From NCBI GenBank assembly GCA_973895155.1, contig OZ316892.1:13327270-13391269 (forward strand): 64,000 nt of DNA, read 5' to 3'. Below are positions 23,452 through 37,100 of this stretch, piece after piece (positions within the stretch are counted from its first letter, which is position 1; each line of letters starts with the position of its first letter). The notes under the pieces were generated by a model. It was not told the origin of the DNA. It saw nothing but the letters and a program-made list of their open reading frames with translations, and did not search any database. The translations under genes were made by a program, and so were the position numbers. The stretch is from Marsupella aquatica. Taxonomy: Eukaryota > Plantae > Marchantiophyta.

Positions 23452-26400
23452 ATGGAATATTATGCGCAAGGACAAGGAGCTCCCTCTTCTTTTGCAGGCC
23501 TTGAAGGTACCGGCAGTGACTTGAGCACCGGGCCAGTTCTCACATCGTTGCCCCTCTCTGAAGATTGGCATCCTAGACATGGTGCTCACTCTCCAGCGAG
23601 CACGGGGGCAGATACCTCTCTCGAAGGTGAGTAATGTTTCGACCTCTTCCTTCCTTGGCCATGCTCTACCCCGTGGACTTTGGTTTCTCCGGCTCTCTCC
23701 CCATACCCGGTTCAGCGTGCCCCATTTCTATTCGTTTGATCCGCAAAAGTTGCGGAATGCAGAATTGCTAGCGCGTACGGGATGGCCTTTCGATCATTCC
23801 GTTTGACTTTCACAGGCTTTCAGGTGAATTTTGCCGTTTCTTTTAGATCTTCCGTCTCTCTCGTACAACTCCGAATTGATGGACTGGAGCGTGAAATGGT
23901 CGTGGTTACACACTGTATTCCCAGGAGTTTTTCTGTGAGACTTCTGTCGTGCTTGTCTCACATGAGACAACGAAGCTAAGAGAGTGACAGATCTACGATG
24001 TTTGACAGTCGCGTAGTACAGCTTGGCGACATGAGCGTTTAATGGCAATTTGCGCCAATACATGAATGTTTGGAGCAGATCCGCGCGATCTGGACCCGTG
24101 ATAAGCGTAGTCAACCTGGAGTAGGGTATTCAAGGTCTTAGTTGCTGTCGAATGAGGAAGTTCAAGGGGCTCATTTCAATGCCATCTATCGAAAATGGTA
24201 TCCTTGGCGTGGATTGCATAACTGACGCAGAAGAAGCCAACAATGGGGAGGGCCAATATTGGCGATTGGCAGATAGATTTTCTGTACTAGAGCTTGACAT
24301 TTCTAGTGAGACTGAGTGTAGGAATCGAACTGGTCATGTCATTATGAAGTGTCGAAGGGCTTGTGAGATGCTTTCCTGTTGGGTTAATCGCACTGACCGA
24401 TTGCAGACACAGGATTTGCACAGAAAATCTAAATCTAGTGTGCGGAAAAGCTATAAATTGCTTTCTTTCTTCGAATGCTTTGGGCGTTCTTCCTCGCGGG
24501 CTGCAAATCGTTGGCAAATTATACTCGTTTCCGGGATGCGAACTCAAAGCTAATCTGCATCTGCATGCTCGTTTTTCTGAATGGGATACGACAAATGTCA
24601 GTGTTGATGATGGTTCTGAATGGATATTCACGCAACCATTATCGCAGAAGCTGTGTGGCAGATGACGCTGCAGCCGCAGGAGGGGATGGATGCATCGCAA
24701 GGACAATATCCAGAGCGCCCGGGTGAGCCTGATTGTACTTATTATATGCGCACGGGCCTCTGCGGTTTTGGTATGAGTTGCCGATTTAATCATCCTCCCA
24801 ACCGCAAGCTGGTGAGATATCTCGCTATGATTGTTAAGCCTAGCTGATCTTGACCAGCAGCCTGGATAGACGTAATCTGTGTAGCTATGCGAGTGAATCA
24901 AGCTACTTCCAGAATGGATATGATCGGCATGTTGTTGTAGTTTGTGTGCCTAGGAATTCTTGTACTGAAAACATGACCTACAGTGTTGGTCAGTATGTTC
25001 CTGGTAGGTCTTTGTCATCCTGGAAGTGGACTCTTTCACAACTTCCTGAGGGTAATCATGTAGAAGAGCCTCATCTTTGTGATGGACTTGATGCAGGCTG
25101 CAGCAGTTGCTCGCGGCAAAGGTGAATATCCAGAAAGACATGGACAACCAGAATGCCAGGTATTCAAACTTTCTCGAATTTTGATCTGACCAGTGCTCTG
25201 AGAGTAATAATCTTCTGGAACTTATCTTTGAAGGGAGCCGTTTCTTTCTATGTCAGGGTTACCTTTTCTTAGTGGCATTTTGGGTAATGGGGTTTGACTG
25301 GACTAGCATCGATTGTACTGTGTCTAGTTAGGACTGGACGATTCCGGAGAATTGCGTTTCCAATCTTTCGTCTTAATGTTCATGTGGAATTATGAATACA
25401 ATTAAAAACTTAAAAATCTAGGGACGCAGATTATATCACTTGTCAAATGAAAAGTTTGGAGTTGTCATGACTATGAACACAAATTTTGGAGTCTGCCAAG
25501 TAAAGCTTGCTTCGAGACATTAATGATTAAATGGACGAAAATTTGGCTGAACTTGTCGAATTAAGCGCGAAATCTGACTCTGTTAAGGCTTGCTTATTGT
25601 TTTAGCTCATTAAAGCAAGTCCTATTCTCTAAGTCTCAAAGATGTATATAATGATAAACTAGAATAAACAAGATGTTCTTTTCCTTGTCAGGATAGAGGC
25701 TCGGAAATAGCATATGAGACACACTTGCCGTTGGATCCCTGTCCGCAGATTTTAGGTTGCCTGCGTGTGCAAATTTGGGTGCTTGTAGAATCACTGTTCT
25801 TGAAAATTTGTCAGAGAGGTTCCGCTGAATGAGACGATCGCCGTTTTTATTTCAGTGAACTACCTTCATTGACTTTGCATCTCCCTTTAGTAATACGTCG
25901 AGTTGTGGTTTGCAGTAATGTAATTTCACATATTGCTTGGGTCAGTCGACGAAATGACGATCCTGTATATGTAGCCAGCTTTTTCATCTTTATGTGAATG
26001 GTTTGCAGCTGCATTTGTATCATTTGTATTGATTCCAGCAGAGGGATCTGACTGTTATTAACGAAGTGTTCATGTTTTGATATTTCAGTATTATTTAAAG
26101 ACTGGAACTTGCAAATTTGGAGCCACTTGCAAGTATCATCATCCTCGAGAAAAGGCAGGTTCAACTGGAAGAGTACAACTTAATGTTTTAGCTCTTCCAT
26201 TGCGACCGGTGTGTTTCCTCTTTGATTCCACTCTATCAGAATCTGGTTTTCTACTGTTGTACGACTTCTGGTTGTATTTTAGTTGATTACATTAGAAAAA
26301 GCATGTCCACTTCCGGAGTTGTGACCAAGAATTTGAACATGCTCACAAACACCTGTACACCTTATAACACAGGGTGAGAAGGAATGCGCATACTACATGC

Positions 26401-29400
26401 GCACAGGTTCCTGCAAGTACAGTGTAACCTGCAAATTTCATCACCCTCCGCCAACGGCAGTGGGTGCTTTGGTGCCCATATCGTCTTCAATCTATGCAGC
26501 AGCTGGGGGTGCTTCATTGCCTGCACCTCAACCATACCCAGGAGGTCTTCCCACATGGCCGATTGCAAGAGCGCCATACATGTCAAGCGCACGATTACAG
26601 GGCCCATCTAGTTATGGGCCCATGTTACTTCCTGCCCAGGGCATAGTTTCCATGCCAGGATGGAGCACATATCAAGTAAGAAATATAAGAGCTTCTGTAT
26701 CTTAGCATATGATTTCACGGACTAGCTGGAAAGAAGAACTCGTTTCTATTGATTGGCTGTTTTCCCAATGGGTCTGCTGCTTATTTTCCGAACGTTTAAT
26801 CGTGTACCTATGTAGAAGCGACACTTCGTTGATATGCTTTGCTCATTGTGGAGCACATAGCAACAATGACGTAACTAAGCTTATTTGAGCCAAGTATAGA
26901 AAAAGTGTCCTGCAGATTAAATTGATCATGATCTCAGAATTGAAGGGTATTTTCATGGCCCAGGTTAAGTTGTGTTTAACGCAAATTTGATGCTGGAGTA
27001 GAAGATAAGAATTATGAGTAACGAGGAAGCTTTGTAGCCGAACTTAGAATATTCTTTATTAGGGCGATAGCTCAATCGTAACATGTCAAAATTTGCTTAA
27101 TGAGTACTACTTGTCGTTCTCTGAAGTAATAGTGGACTTTTTGGAACTCTGTTTATTTATGAACCGGAAATTATTGAGAGTGGTTTGTATTGAAATGCCA
27201 AGGTGGTTTGTGATTTTTGAGGCTGACATGCACGTTCTGTAACCACTGCAGGGGCCAGTTGGTCCAATTGCGTCTCCGGAGGGGCAGCAGCATCCTATTG
27301 GGACAGGCTTTGTCTACACACAGCAGACCGACCCTGTTTCAGGCGGAAACTATCCTCCATATTTGCCAGGGACAACTGCAATGGGACTCCCAGCGTTGCA
27401 AGCACAACAATCGATGGGACAGCATAAAGATATGATATTTCCTGAAAGACCAGGGCAGCCGGAGTGCCAGTATTACATGAAAACTGGGGACTGCAAATTT
27501 GGTATTACGTGCAAGTACCATCACCCCAAAGACAGGGCTACTCCCTCGCCAACATGTGGACTCAGCCCAATGGGCCTGCCATTGCGTCCTGTGAGTTTTT
27601 ATTACCTTTGCTTTGTTGGCTTCGAATTATCGTCTTCAAGTTCCATTCTTGCTGGTTTTATCCTCGACTCGAACGTATGTGTGTATATATTACATAGCTC
27701 ATTTAATATTTCTCTGAGGGGCCCTTGTCTTTTCATCAATCTTGATCAGGTCTAGAGTCACGGAGAGGTTTTTCTCAGTGCTACTATTGTGTGTCATGGC
27801 TCCTGTTGTCCTCTTTCCTGTGATATGGATTCGCATGTGTTTACGTTAATCGCTATGTCTGCCTGTCTGGTTAACTGGCTTCATTTCAGTGATACAGGAT
27901 ATTTAGATTTCTTATGAATTTGTAATTGTGTTTGTTGATTAAGATGTCTTAGCAACAATACGAGGCATGCCCTTTTTTGTTTTTTTTTGCACTGCTTGTG
28001 TTACTGGGTTTCTCAACATCCCGTACCTGGAAACGTGCCTAGTCAAAGCTCATTGCAGCATATCTCTCGAGACTCTATGAACACGAAGATTGGGACCGAA
28101 AAGTATTTTGCTCTTCCTCAACGTACCAAGTATCTGGGGCTTATAGACTGATAAGTCTTGGATGGAAGGTGCACAGGACTTCTATCTTATAGGAGTTCTT
28201 ATTGTCACCAGTCTTGTTGTAGCCATTCGAGGTGCAGGAGAATTAGTGACTTGGCGTTGAATGCTTGTCCTTGGGTCCGATTTGGTCTGTTTCGTATTAT
28301 TGATCTTTTTCCAGATTGCGGCACTTGGTAAGGTCAGTTGACCATGCACAATTTTTCTGTGCTGCTGTAGCTTGCAAGGCGTCGTTGAGACCTGAATTTT
28401 GTCTACAAGAGTATACCTGATTTTGGACATCTCAGCCGAAAGCTGTTTAGATACTTAAAATGTCCAGTTGGTATCTCTTGTACGTTGTTCATTCCCAAAC
28501 TTTGAACAATCGTACGGGACCTTTGCATCCCTCGTTGCACTAACTGCTTGGATTGCTGCTCAATGAGGGAAATTTCTAATGATGTAGAAAGTGAAATAGA
28601 GCAGACTCTATTCAGCATTCAGGAGATGCGAAGGTTTTTAGAACCTTGATGTCTCACAGGCCTATATGGGCGAGCTTCCGAAGTTCATTTGCTTATGTTT
28701 TGACCACCCCATCAGGGCCATTAGAGGGACATAGATAGAGGGACATAAACTGGCTGTACTCTTTGTTAAATCTGTCATAGGCTTTCGGCTGTTGCCCCTA
28801 GGATCTGGATGGAGAGATTTAAACCAGGGATTGGACTAGCAGCAACGTAAGTGAAAGACTCCTCTTTGCAATGCAAAGATATATTAATTACTGATATTAT
28901 AGGCATTGCAGGCCTTACCATCTGGACCCAGAAGCATCAGAAATAATTTGGGAAGAAGCCTTATCGGGAGGACTTGGTTGCCTCGCCAGACTTTCTGGTT
29001 TGGTGTGCTGAGTTTGTAATGGTCAATACTTCTGGTTTTTCATTGCCCCTTGGCCCCTTTTAACCCGGAGAGGACCTTAATCTTTAAGAAATCCTGTAGA
29101 CATTAGGATACTTGAGGTGATGTTCTGGCAAACCCTTCATGGTTCCCGGCAGGAGGTCGTTTCAATCCCTGGGTTCCTTTTTGTCACAAAGGATCTCCTG
29201 CAGAAAGTCATCCTCAAAAGTTCCTTTGTAGATTTTGAAGTCCTCTAGTGATATTCATTCTTGCACAGTATATCAGCTGATGTGATCTTTGCTTAACACT
29301 TGGATTCCATCCACTTCGTCATTTTTGAGTAACTCCTCAAGATCATTGTAAAATCCTATCCCTTGAGGATCGTTTGAGTAGATTGGCATTATAGTGTGTG

Positions 29401-32400
29401 GCAGGTTTCCTTGAGGGCCCTTTGGTGGTTTCATGCGAAACTGGAAGCCCGTACATTAGAGTTACTTTATGTCTAATAGCTACCGTTGCTGTTTGGGGTG
29501 CAGAGTCTAGAGGCCCTAAATGTAGCCCATTTGAAGTGGACGTATCAGATCTAATAATTGAAATCAAACAGATATTCGAGAATGTTGTTGTATGTGCGCT
29601 GGGAATAGTTTCATGGTAGGATGCATGGTAGGACTTGGAAAAACATGATCCGCAAGTTTTTCCATGAAGTTTGTAAAGCTGAAGGCTTCTTCCCATAAGC
29701 CAGACCTCATCGTCTTCGACATATCTCCTTATTCATATTGTGAGAATATTGGTAGCTAGCTAATTGAGATTCAGGTCGGGATGGATCACATTAACGTGTA
29801 TAGCAACGAGGTCCTCAAGTACGAGGGAACTACAACTATGACGCCGGACTTGTCATAGTTCGGAATTCCAAATCTTAAATTGCAGATCTTGAACAATTTT
29901 CTGATGCCGTATCTCCTCTCTCCTCTCCTCTCCTCTCCTCTCCTCTCCAGTACCACAAGTCTATGGATGACTTTCACGTTTGGGGCAGCCCGGTACATAT
30001 GGAGTGACAAGAAATGATATGATGCAAAACAGTAGATGGTCAAGAAATCAAGAAGCATGGTCAAGCTTCTGTAAGGGACTCGTTGGAGCTGCTACGTTGA
30101 CAGCTGCTTGAAACCCTTCCGATTCAGGTCTTTTGAAAGTACTGGATGAAGCATTCCTTACCCATTGAGCCTGGAAGCCATCTAGTTATGGTTCAGAGTG
30201 TGGGCTTTTCGGGACCGTCAGATTTTATCTATGATTGTTGATTAAATGTAGTGTTGGGTGTGTTAAGGGAAGGGATATCTTCGAAGATCAATCAGCTCAT
30301 CTAGGGGAAATCAAAATTTCAACATATTCATGTTCTCCGTGGCAATATCTGAGTGCTGTAGAGTCATTCTGCTGGACATTCTGCAAGAGATACGTGGACC
30401 TTTTCTCCATGAATGCTGGAGGATGGCCAAAAACCAGACCTTGGGTTGGATTGGGCAGCGTTAGAGGATGAGCACATGGAGTTATTGGCTCAGAATGCAT
30501 AGCAATCCTCAGAAGCACAGATTTGGGGTTTTGCCAGAGGATTTTCCTGGAAATGGAGAATCATTAGACTATATGCAACCAGACCTGTTTCCCAGAAATT
30601 CAGCCGAAGGACCAATGACTGTAGGATGCTTTGAGTACATTTTTCCAAATCCCGGCTTGCTTTCTTATTGGGGTTTGTTCCCAATCTATCACCTCAAACA
30701 CAGTCTGAAGTATTTAGGCGATTACATGGGTGGAGCGGCTCTCCACATTTCGTTTCGGGCACACCAACATTGGCTGTTCGGGACCAAGAAAGCCATTTGT
30801 TGGATAGTATCTAAAGCAGCGATTTGCTTTATGATTGTGTTGCCATTCGTGGTTTGCATCACGAAATGAAAGCCTCCTTGATCGGCACGTCATGGTCATC
30901 TCCATGGACTTGAAATTCATCTGAGCTGTATCTTTTGTCTGCTATTAGTTTGTTATGCCTCTTCTGCAGATACTTCAGCCAGTACATGTCCAAGCTCGCA
31001 ACAGAGAGCAATTTGAATCTCCATCTTTCAAACATTGTCTCAGCATCCATCAACCACCCGCTGTTTCACTAAGCAACTGAAGTGCTATAATGTGGACTTG
31101 CTCCCTTAGTTACGAAATGTGGACTTGCAAGGCATTTGGAAATGTGCAGTCTCGGTCAGAATGCTCTCATCCGGAATTGTTACTCAATTGTTCAAATGTT
31201 GCGGCGGCGTATCTGCTTGACTTGATTTGCCGGTGGTTAGTCCCCAGTTTTCAGCTCCACATGTGCCCTTCAGGATTCAGATCCCATCAGATTTCAAGCT
31301 CAAGAGACGTTTGATCATGATGCGTAATTGTGAGGTACACTTTGTGCAAGGTCCTCAAGTGAAAATCGTTCACATATATTAAACCGTCCACCAGCACATA
31401 GGGAGCAGAAATGTGGGGAACCTAGCTCCAATGAAGCGTGGAATGACCAGTTGGAGACAGTCTAGAATTGCCAACACTTTAGTGTCATCCACACTTGACA
31501 ACACTTTAGTGTCAGCTGACTTTGGGACGTCCTACTGGAAAATTTAGCTACAGAGACTATTCTCTTAATTCTTACGTATGTGGAGAAACTAGAAGTAACC
31601 GAATTTTTCCTCTATTGTGCTGGAAGCCTGTAGGAACCGTAGCAGTGGCTGGCTGGGCTCCTCATCAGTGGCAAGGCTTCAATTTATGATGGCTGAAATA
31701 TGAGCTAAATTATAAAAGAATTCTAGAGAGGAGCTCAGCCAAGTCATAACTCAGTTGTCTTGATTTTAAGAGTATTGCTGTTGCAAGACTACCCCTGGAT
31801 TTCCTTAGTTTGTTGGCTGCATCTGGCAAATAGCCTGAAGATACTTCAGGAGACATTGCATTCAAAGATGGGATATTTTAGCACTGTGGCCTCGGTCAGA
31901 TAGATGATGAAGCTCATCTCCTGCTGAGACATGGGAAATTATTGTCACGTTGTTTCCGCGGTTGTCCGGAATCACGGACTGGCCCTCGTACAAGGCTAGA
32001 ATCACTTTTGTCAGCAGAGCCTTCACTTCTCTCGTCTTCAGGACAAGTCACGAAGGATATTATCCAGCGGTGCCAATCGGATTGGTTATGATACTCTCTA
32101 AAATATCTCACTTCTTATGCGCTGAGCTCTAGTAATGGATTTGCTAGTCACTCCCTTTGCAACCTTTGGTTAATTTTAGCTCTCGCTTATCTTTCTAGAT
32201 TCAAAACACGCCCAAAGCTCATCTTCAGGAAGCACTGCGTTGGAGTGTCATGGGGTAGCTTAGAATTCTCTTGTCCCTAATTTATTCCAGACTTAAGCCT
32301 GTAGGAGATACCGCAACCATTCATGTTCTATGGTGGCCTGCCCAATTTGTATCTTTTATGAACCACACATTAGTCAGTCGTATCAAATCCATTGTCAGCT

Positions 32401-33918
32401 AAGAGCTGTAGCTAAATCTCATGTTTTAAATACCTACCTCTCCTTCGTGAGTTGTATTGTGGTAGTTTTATACGCTCAAAGGAGATCGATTAACTTCTGC
32501 TTTCTTGTATGTTCGACTCACGTTATCCTGGCTTGCCACTTTTGACTCGAGTAAATTGTTAAGATTTGATTTACCCTGTTCCACTCCTCGATCGATTTTA
32601 GGGTTTTTAGCGCTAAACTCAAATCACCCGGACTTTGCAGGAATGCTAAACCTGCAAACTCAAACGTGTCTTTAACGTGTTGACGTACATGAACGAAATT
32701 AACTGTCATTATTAGCTGTGGCCGAATTCCGCCATCCTGGTGGCTCCTTTGTACACGAATTTAAGATGCACGAAATGTAAATGACTTGAAAAATTGATGA
32801 ATCTTTAATGTCAGGAGACATCCCCATCTGTCAAGCTTGCAAGCTGTTTCTGGAACACCCTCCACAGCAAAGTATCTGTAGAGATGTGGCACTGCCCCAG
32901 GTGAATTATCACAAAGGGAAGCCTTCACTTTAACTGCCAGAAATTATCCGGGCATAAATTCCCTAGAAGTCAAATTTGGTCAGCCACCAAACGAGCTGGT
33001 ACGAAGAGACTGAATTGGTCACCAGACACGTGTGAGATTAATTCAATTTGAATTCTGTTTTTTTAAGTTGATTTTCTTCAGCTTCTGCGGACATGGCTCT
33101 CAGATGCTTACAAGTCAGTCACCGCTTTTTGTATCGTACTTATGACCTGCAACGGTTTGGCTTTTGAAGAAGGTGGTGATAAGATACACCACCTTCTTAA
33201 CAAGCCAAACACGACATATTAGAAAGTACTCTGCAGGACAAAAAAGCAGAGAAGTTAGCTTGTTGAGCAATTCCTGTTTGCATGAGAAACATCTCCAAAA
33301 AATTACTTTTGGATATTCTATCTGGCCCACTTTTACTTTGTTCAATTGGTCCTACAGTAGACCTTAGAGGGGTTTTTAAAGACATTACTTGGAGTCTTAG
33401 GATGTGAATTATATGTCATAGGATATCAATGATGCGTGAATGTGGGACTCGTTGCATCTTTGGAGTAGTCTCTGATCTGTTCATTGTGCTGTACTTTTTA
33501 TTTGTCATGTGTTCTACAGGGGACGCAACCGTGTACTTTTTACACCAGGTATGGTATCTGCAAGTTTGGACCTACATGCAAATTTGACCATCCTCTGGGA
33601 GGCTTGCCTTACAGTCCGTCAGCGTCATCGCTCACAGATATGCCAGTTGCCCCATATCCCTTGGGTGGGGGTCCAATGACTGTTGTCACTTCTTCCGAGG
33701 CCCCTTCTGATCCACCCCTGCCTCTGGTAAGCACATCCAACGAACCAACCTCCCAACCAGAAGGATCACTATTTGACAGCCAGACAAGAGAGGGATCAAA
33801 TGAAGTGGCTCAAACTACTGCTGCAGCGAGTCAGGCAGGGCAGGTGTTATCTCTACAAGGACTGGGCCTGGGCTCTGGTGGGATTTCAAAGCCACTCGAC
33901 ATTCTTGGCACAAGCTAA
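23452..33918 (+). CDS. CCCH zinc-finger protein with five C-x8-C-x5-C-x3-H fingers (plant ZFN-like family); 7 exons
   Basis: Exons 23452-23626, 24648-24811, 25097-25159, 26089-26208, 26373-26675, 27252-27590, 33520-33918, all with GT-AG introns. Fingers: [140 protein letters not shown], followed by [16 protein letters not shown]. Confidence 0.93.
28900..31300 (+). mobile_element. Highly degenerate L1-like LINE remnant inside the last CCCH intron
   Basis: Broken motifs appear in LINE ORF2 order: [11 protein letters not shown] (endonuclease-like, ~29620), ARxxR-like (~29700), GRQIL-like (~30210), GSVRG (~30455), LKYLG (~30706). Boundaries are approximate. Confidence 0.4.
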
Positions 33919-35895
33919 ATGTGGATTCTCAAGTTAAAGTGTTTTGGAATTCACAGGCCCATTTATTTTTGGTTTGCACATTCATCTCCTTAAATTAGGC
34001 TCAAAAGGTGGCATCTAATAAGGCACATTCTGAGCCATAAGCATTTGAACACTATGCTGATGGATATCTTTGAAGGACTATCCTGCCTGTATATTGTTAC
34101 TGTGAAGGTGAGCATGAACACCTTTGTTGGGGCCAGCGCTTCTCTCCTGCCCCACTTGGTTTTTTTTTCCTCTCGTCTTGTTCTTCTATACAATGTTATA
34201 AGATCTGGCCCTAGGTCTCCCAATTTATGTTTCAGGGTCCTTTATTTAAACGTTTCAGCTTTCTACGAAAGTACTCCATGTGAAACCTGAAACTACATAG
34301 AGTCTGCGTTCTTTCTTGAAACCTGAAACTGCATAGAGTCTGCGTTCTTTCTTACAGCTAGACTGCACTGGTCAGCTTCCCAGGCTTATGGCGCAAATTT
34401 CCTAATAAATGATTGACAACTACCGACTGCTATTCAGGCGGCGTGCGAATAGTCTGGCTTGTGATCGGAGCCCTCTCACAGCCAGATCCCTACCAATTGG
34501 CTAGGTGGCAAGCTCTGATAGTATGTAGGCTTCGCCAGTACTTGTTCTAGAATCCCCAACTGTGGAAGGTTAAAAAAAAGGCGAATCGGATTTCTGGGCT
34601 TGTGAAGGACACATTTTAAACAATGGATTTGACTGTATTCACCGAAAGGTCGCGGATCTGCTTGATCGAATTTGAATTGTGTCAGAATTTTGACTGATTC
34701 TTCACACCGCCATAATCTTGAATATGAGGAATTGGCGAAGATGTCACATAATTGCACGCTCCAGAAAAGGGTAAGTTTTGTGGCTTTGGGCTTTTCAGGA
34801 GCATTCATTGCATTATGTTCGTGGAATCTCTAGACGCCTTCCGTTTCATCGCCTCTCTAGAAAAGTCTTTTGCACGCCACGATGTGAGAAATGGTCTGGA
34901 GATTTTAAAATAATAGCTGAGTGGTACACTGGCCTTGCTCTGCAATAAGTTCAGAGGTTGTTTTGCTAGTTTGAAATACTCCCCATCTGTTCTAGAAACA
35001 GCTTACCGAGAAACTTGTATTTTGTAATTTCTTGGTCGAGCGGCTGAAAGACTCCTTCGACATGTGCCTGAGTGGTTTCTAACTGAATGTGGAGAGACTC
35101 TCAATCAAAGATGACAAAGAAATGTGAGTATCAGTCCGGGACAAGAACTGAAACCAGTCCTCATCTCCTTCAATGACAATGCCAGAAATGAAAGTATTAG
35201 TCTGGCACCGAAGCTGCATGGGGAACCACACCTGAAACCGTCCCTCCACTCCTCAACTGAGCGGTGATGACTTCGCTCAACAGATGTTAATCACCTCATG
35301 CTTGATTCTACACCCACAGTTGTGCTCTTCCATTTCCTATCTCTTCAATTCCCTATCTTTTACTTGCGTTATGTCTTGCAACAAGTGTGGGAAGGGACCA
35401 CATAGAAGGCGAACCTTGTCCCCTCCCACGAAATGAGTCTGTAAGAACCGAGTTGGGGTTCCATGCCTCCCAATGGACATGCTTTCCTATTACCAATGAT
35501 GGCACCTTGGCTTATGTTGAAAGAATCAATCATACCTGCAAGGAAAATTATATATGGTGGGGATGACACTTCGTAAAGTTGCAAATGTATTTGGACGAGG
35601 AGTACTATGCTTGAGTTTGGATGCGTAAGATAATTCAAAAAATACGGTTGCAGCGACGAGGATAACGTAATGGAGTTGGACCTTAAATTGCTATTACTCC
35701 AAAAGGATACCAGGTGCTTAGTCGACTACCTTGAAATTCATAATAAATGCCCATGCATTGAGCCTTCTCAATACTACTTTGTCTGTCTTTCATTTTCTTG
35801 TGCTTAATTATGGCACACATGATGAAGAGGTACACAAAAAGCTATTTAGGAATGCTGTAGAGAAGAAGATAGAGGTCAAAAGCATCCCGCTTTGA

Positions 35896-36859
35896 ACCGC
35901 GAGTTAAATTTACGTCAAGTTAATGCGCCTCTGCTTTCCCAGGGCACCATACACTGCCCGTCCCAGCCTCAATGCTGCTGCCCGCTCCGGCCCAAGTTTG
36001 CCAGAACATAAACCAATATCTAACATTTTGTCATCCATTCCGGCCAGATAAACTTTGTGCCATGGACTTTGGGTTTATGTTTTGGTACCCTTCACTTTTT
36101 ATTGTCCACTCTAGTGGCCCGATCTACTTTGTGTCATCAACTTCTTCCTTGTGGGGTCGTGGTTTATGTTCTGGCAACACTTCTTTCCAATGGAGTCATA
36201 CTTGCTTTGTAACATAGTCTGAGTGTTCAGGGGAGCCCTAGTACTTTGGTTATTTTAGAGTCATAATAGATGGAGTCTTGGTTTAAGTTATGCCAAATGC
36301 TTATTCTCTACGGAGTTGTGATTTATGTTTTGGCAACACTTATTTCCAACGGAGTCATGCTTGCTCGGTAAGAGACTCTAAGTGTTTAGGCAGAGCCTAG
36401 TATTTTGGTTAAGAGCCATGATTGATAGTCTTGGTTGATGTTTGGCCAAATGCTTCTTCTCGATGGAGTCATGGTTTATGTTCTGGCAACATTTCTTTGC
36501 AATGGAGTCATATTTTGTTGAGAGTCATGATTGATAGAGTCTTGGTTTATGCTGTCCCAAATACTTATTCTCTATGGAGTTGTGGTTTATGTTTTGGCAA
36601 CACTTATTTCCAAAAAGTTGATGGCACAAAGTTGATCGGCCAGAGCGGGTGACAACAAGTGATGGGTGCCAAAACATAAACCTGAAGTCAATGGCACAAA
36701 GTTGATTGGGCCGGAGCGCCAGACAAATGATAGAATATTGGTTTATGTTCTGGCAAAGTCAGGCTGGAGCGGGCAGCAGTATCGAGGACTGGGATGGGCA
36801 GTGTACTGCGCCCCAGGAAAGAGGGGGCGCATTAACTTGACGTAGATTTGACTTGCGGT
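35896..36859. mobile_element. Non-autonomous Mutator-like/foldback element with ~250-bp TIRs
   Basis: Left end ACCGCGAGTTAAATTTACGTCAAGTTAATGCGCC and right end GGCGCATTAACTTGACGTAGATTTGACTTGCGGT. The 9-bp TSD is CCGCTTTGA (35887-35895) / CTGCTTTGA (36860-36868). The interior is tandem GGTTTATGTT(C/T)TGGCAACAC-containing units. Confidence 0.82.
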
Positions 36860-36875
36860 CTGCTTTGATGGGAAG

Positions 36876-37100
36876 TGTAGGGTAGCCCATCCTCAAGAGG
36901 GGGTAATGGGCAATCCCCAAGGGTGCTGAGCCCAAGGGGGTTATAGCAATAACCCCCAAGTGGGGATGAGTTACCAGGTGTAAGCATAATACCCAGGCCA
37001 GGCTGGCCCAGGGGTTCTATGGCTTCATGAGGGGGTAATTCTCATAACCTTGTACACACATACAAAGGAAGAAACCCAGGAAGGGTTTATGTGAGAATAT
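36876..37100. repeat. LTR-like dispersed repeat fragment (reverse-complement copy at ~48130-48322)
   Basis: TGTAGGGTAGCCCATCCTCAAGAGGGGGTAATGGG matches the reverse complement of CCCATTACCCTCTCTCTTGGGGATGGGTTACCCTACA; CCAGGCCAGGCTG and ATACAAAG.AAGAA blocks are also shared. Confidence 0.6.

Noticed and set aside
36871-37083. 203-bp solo LTR with a GGAAG TSD
   Set aside because: Similarity to the 48.1-48.3 kb copy continues past the supposed right boundary, so the TSD is probably coincidental.
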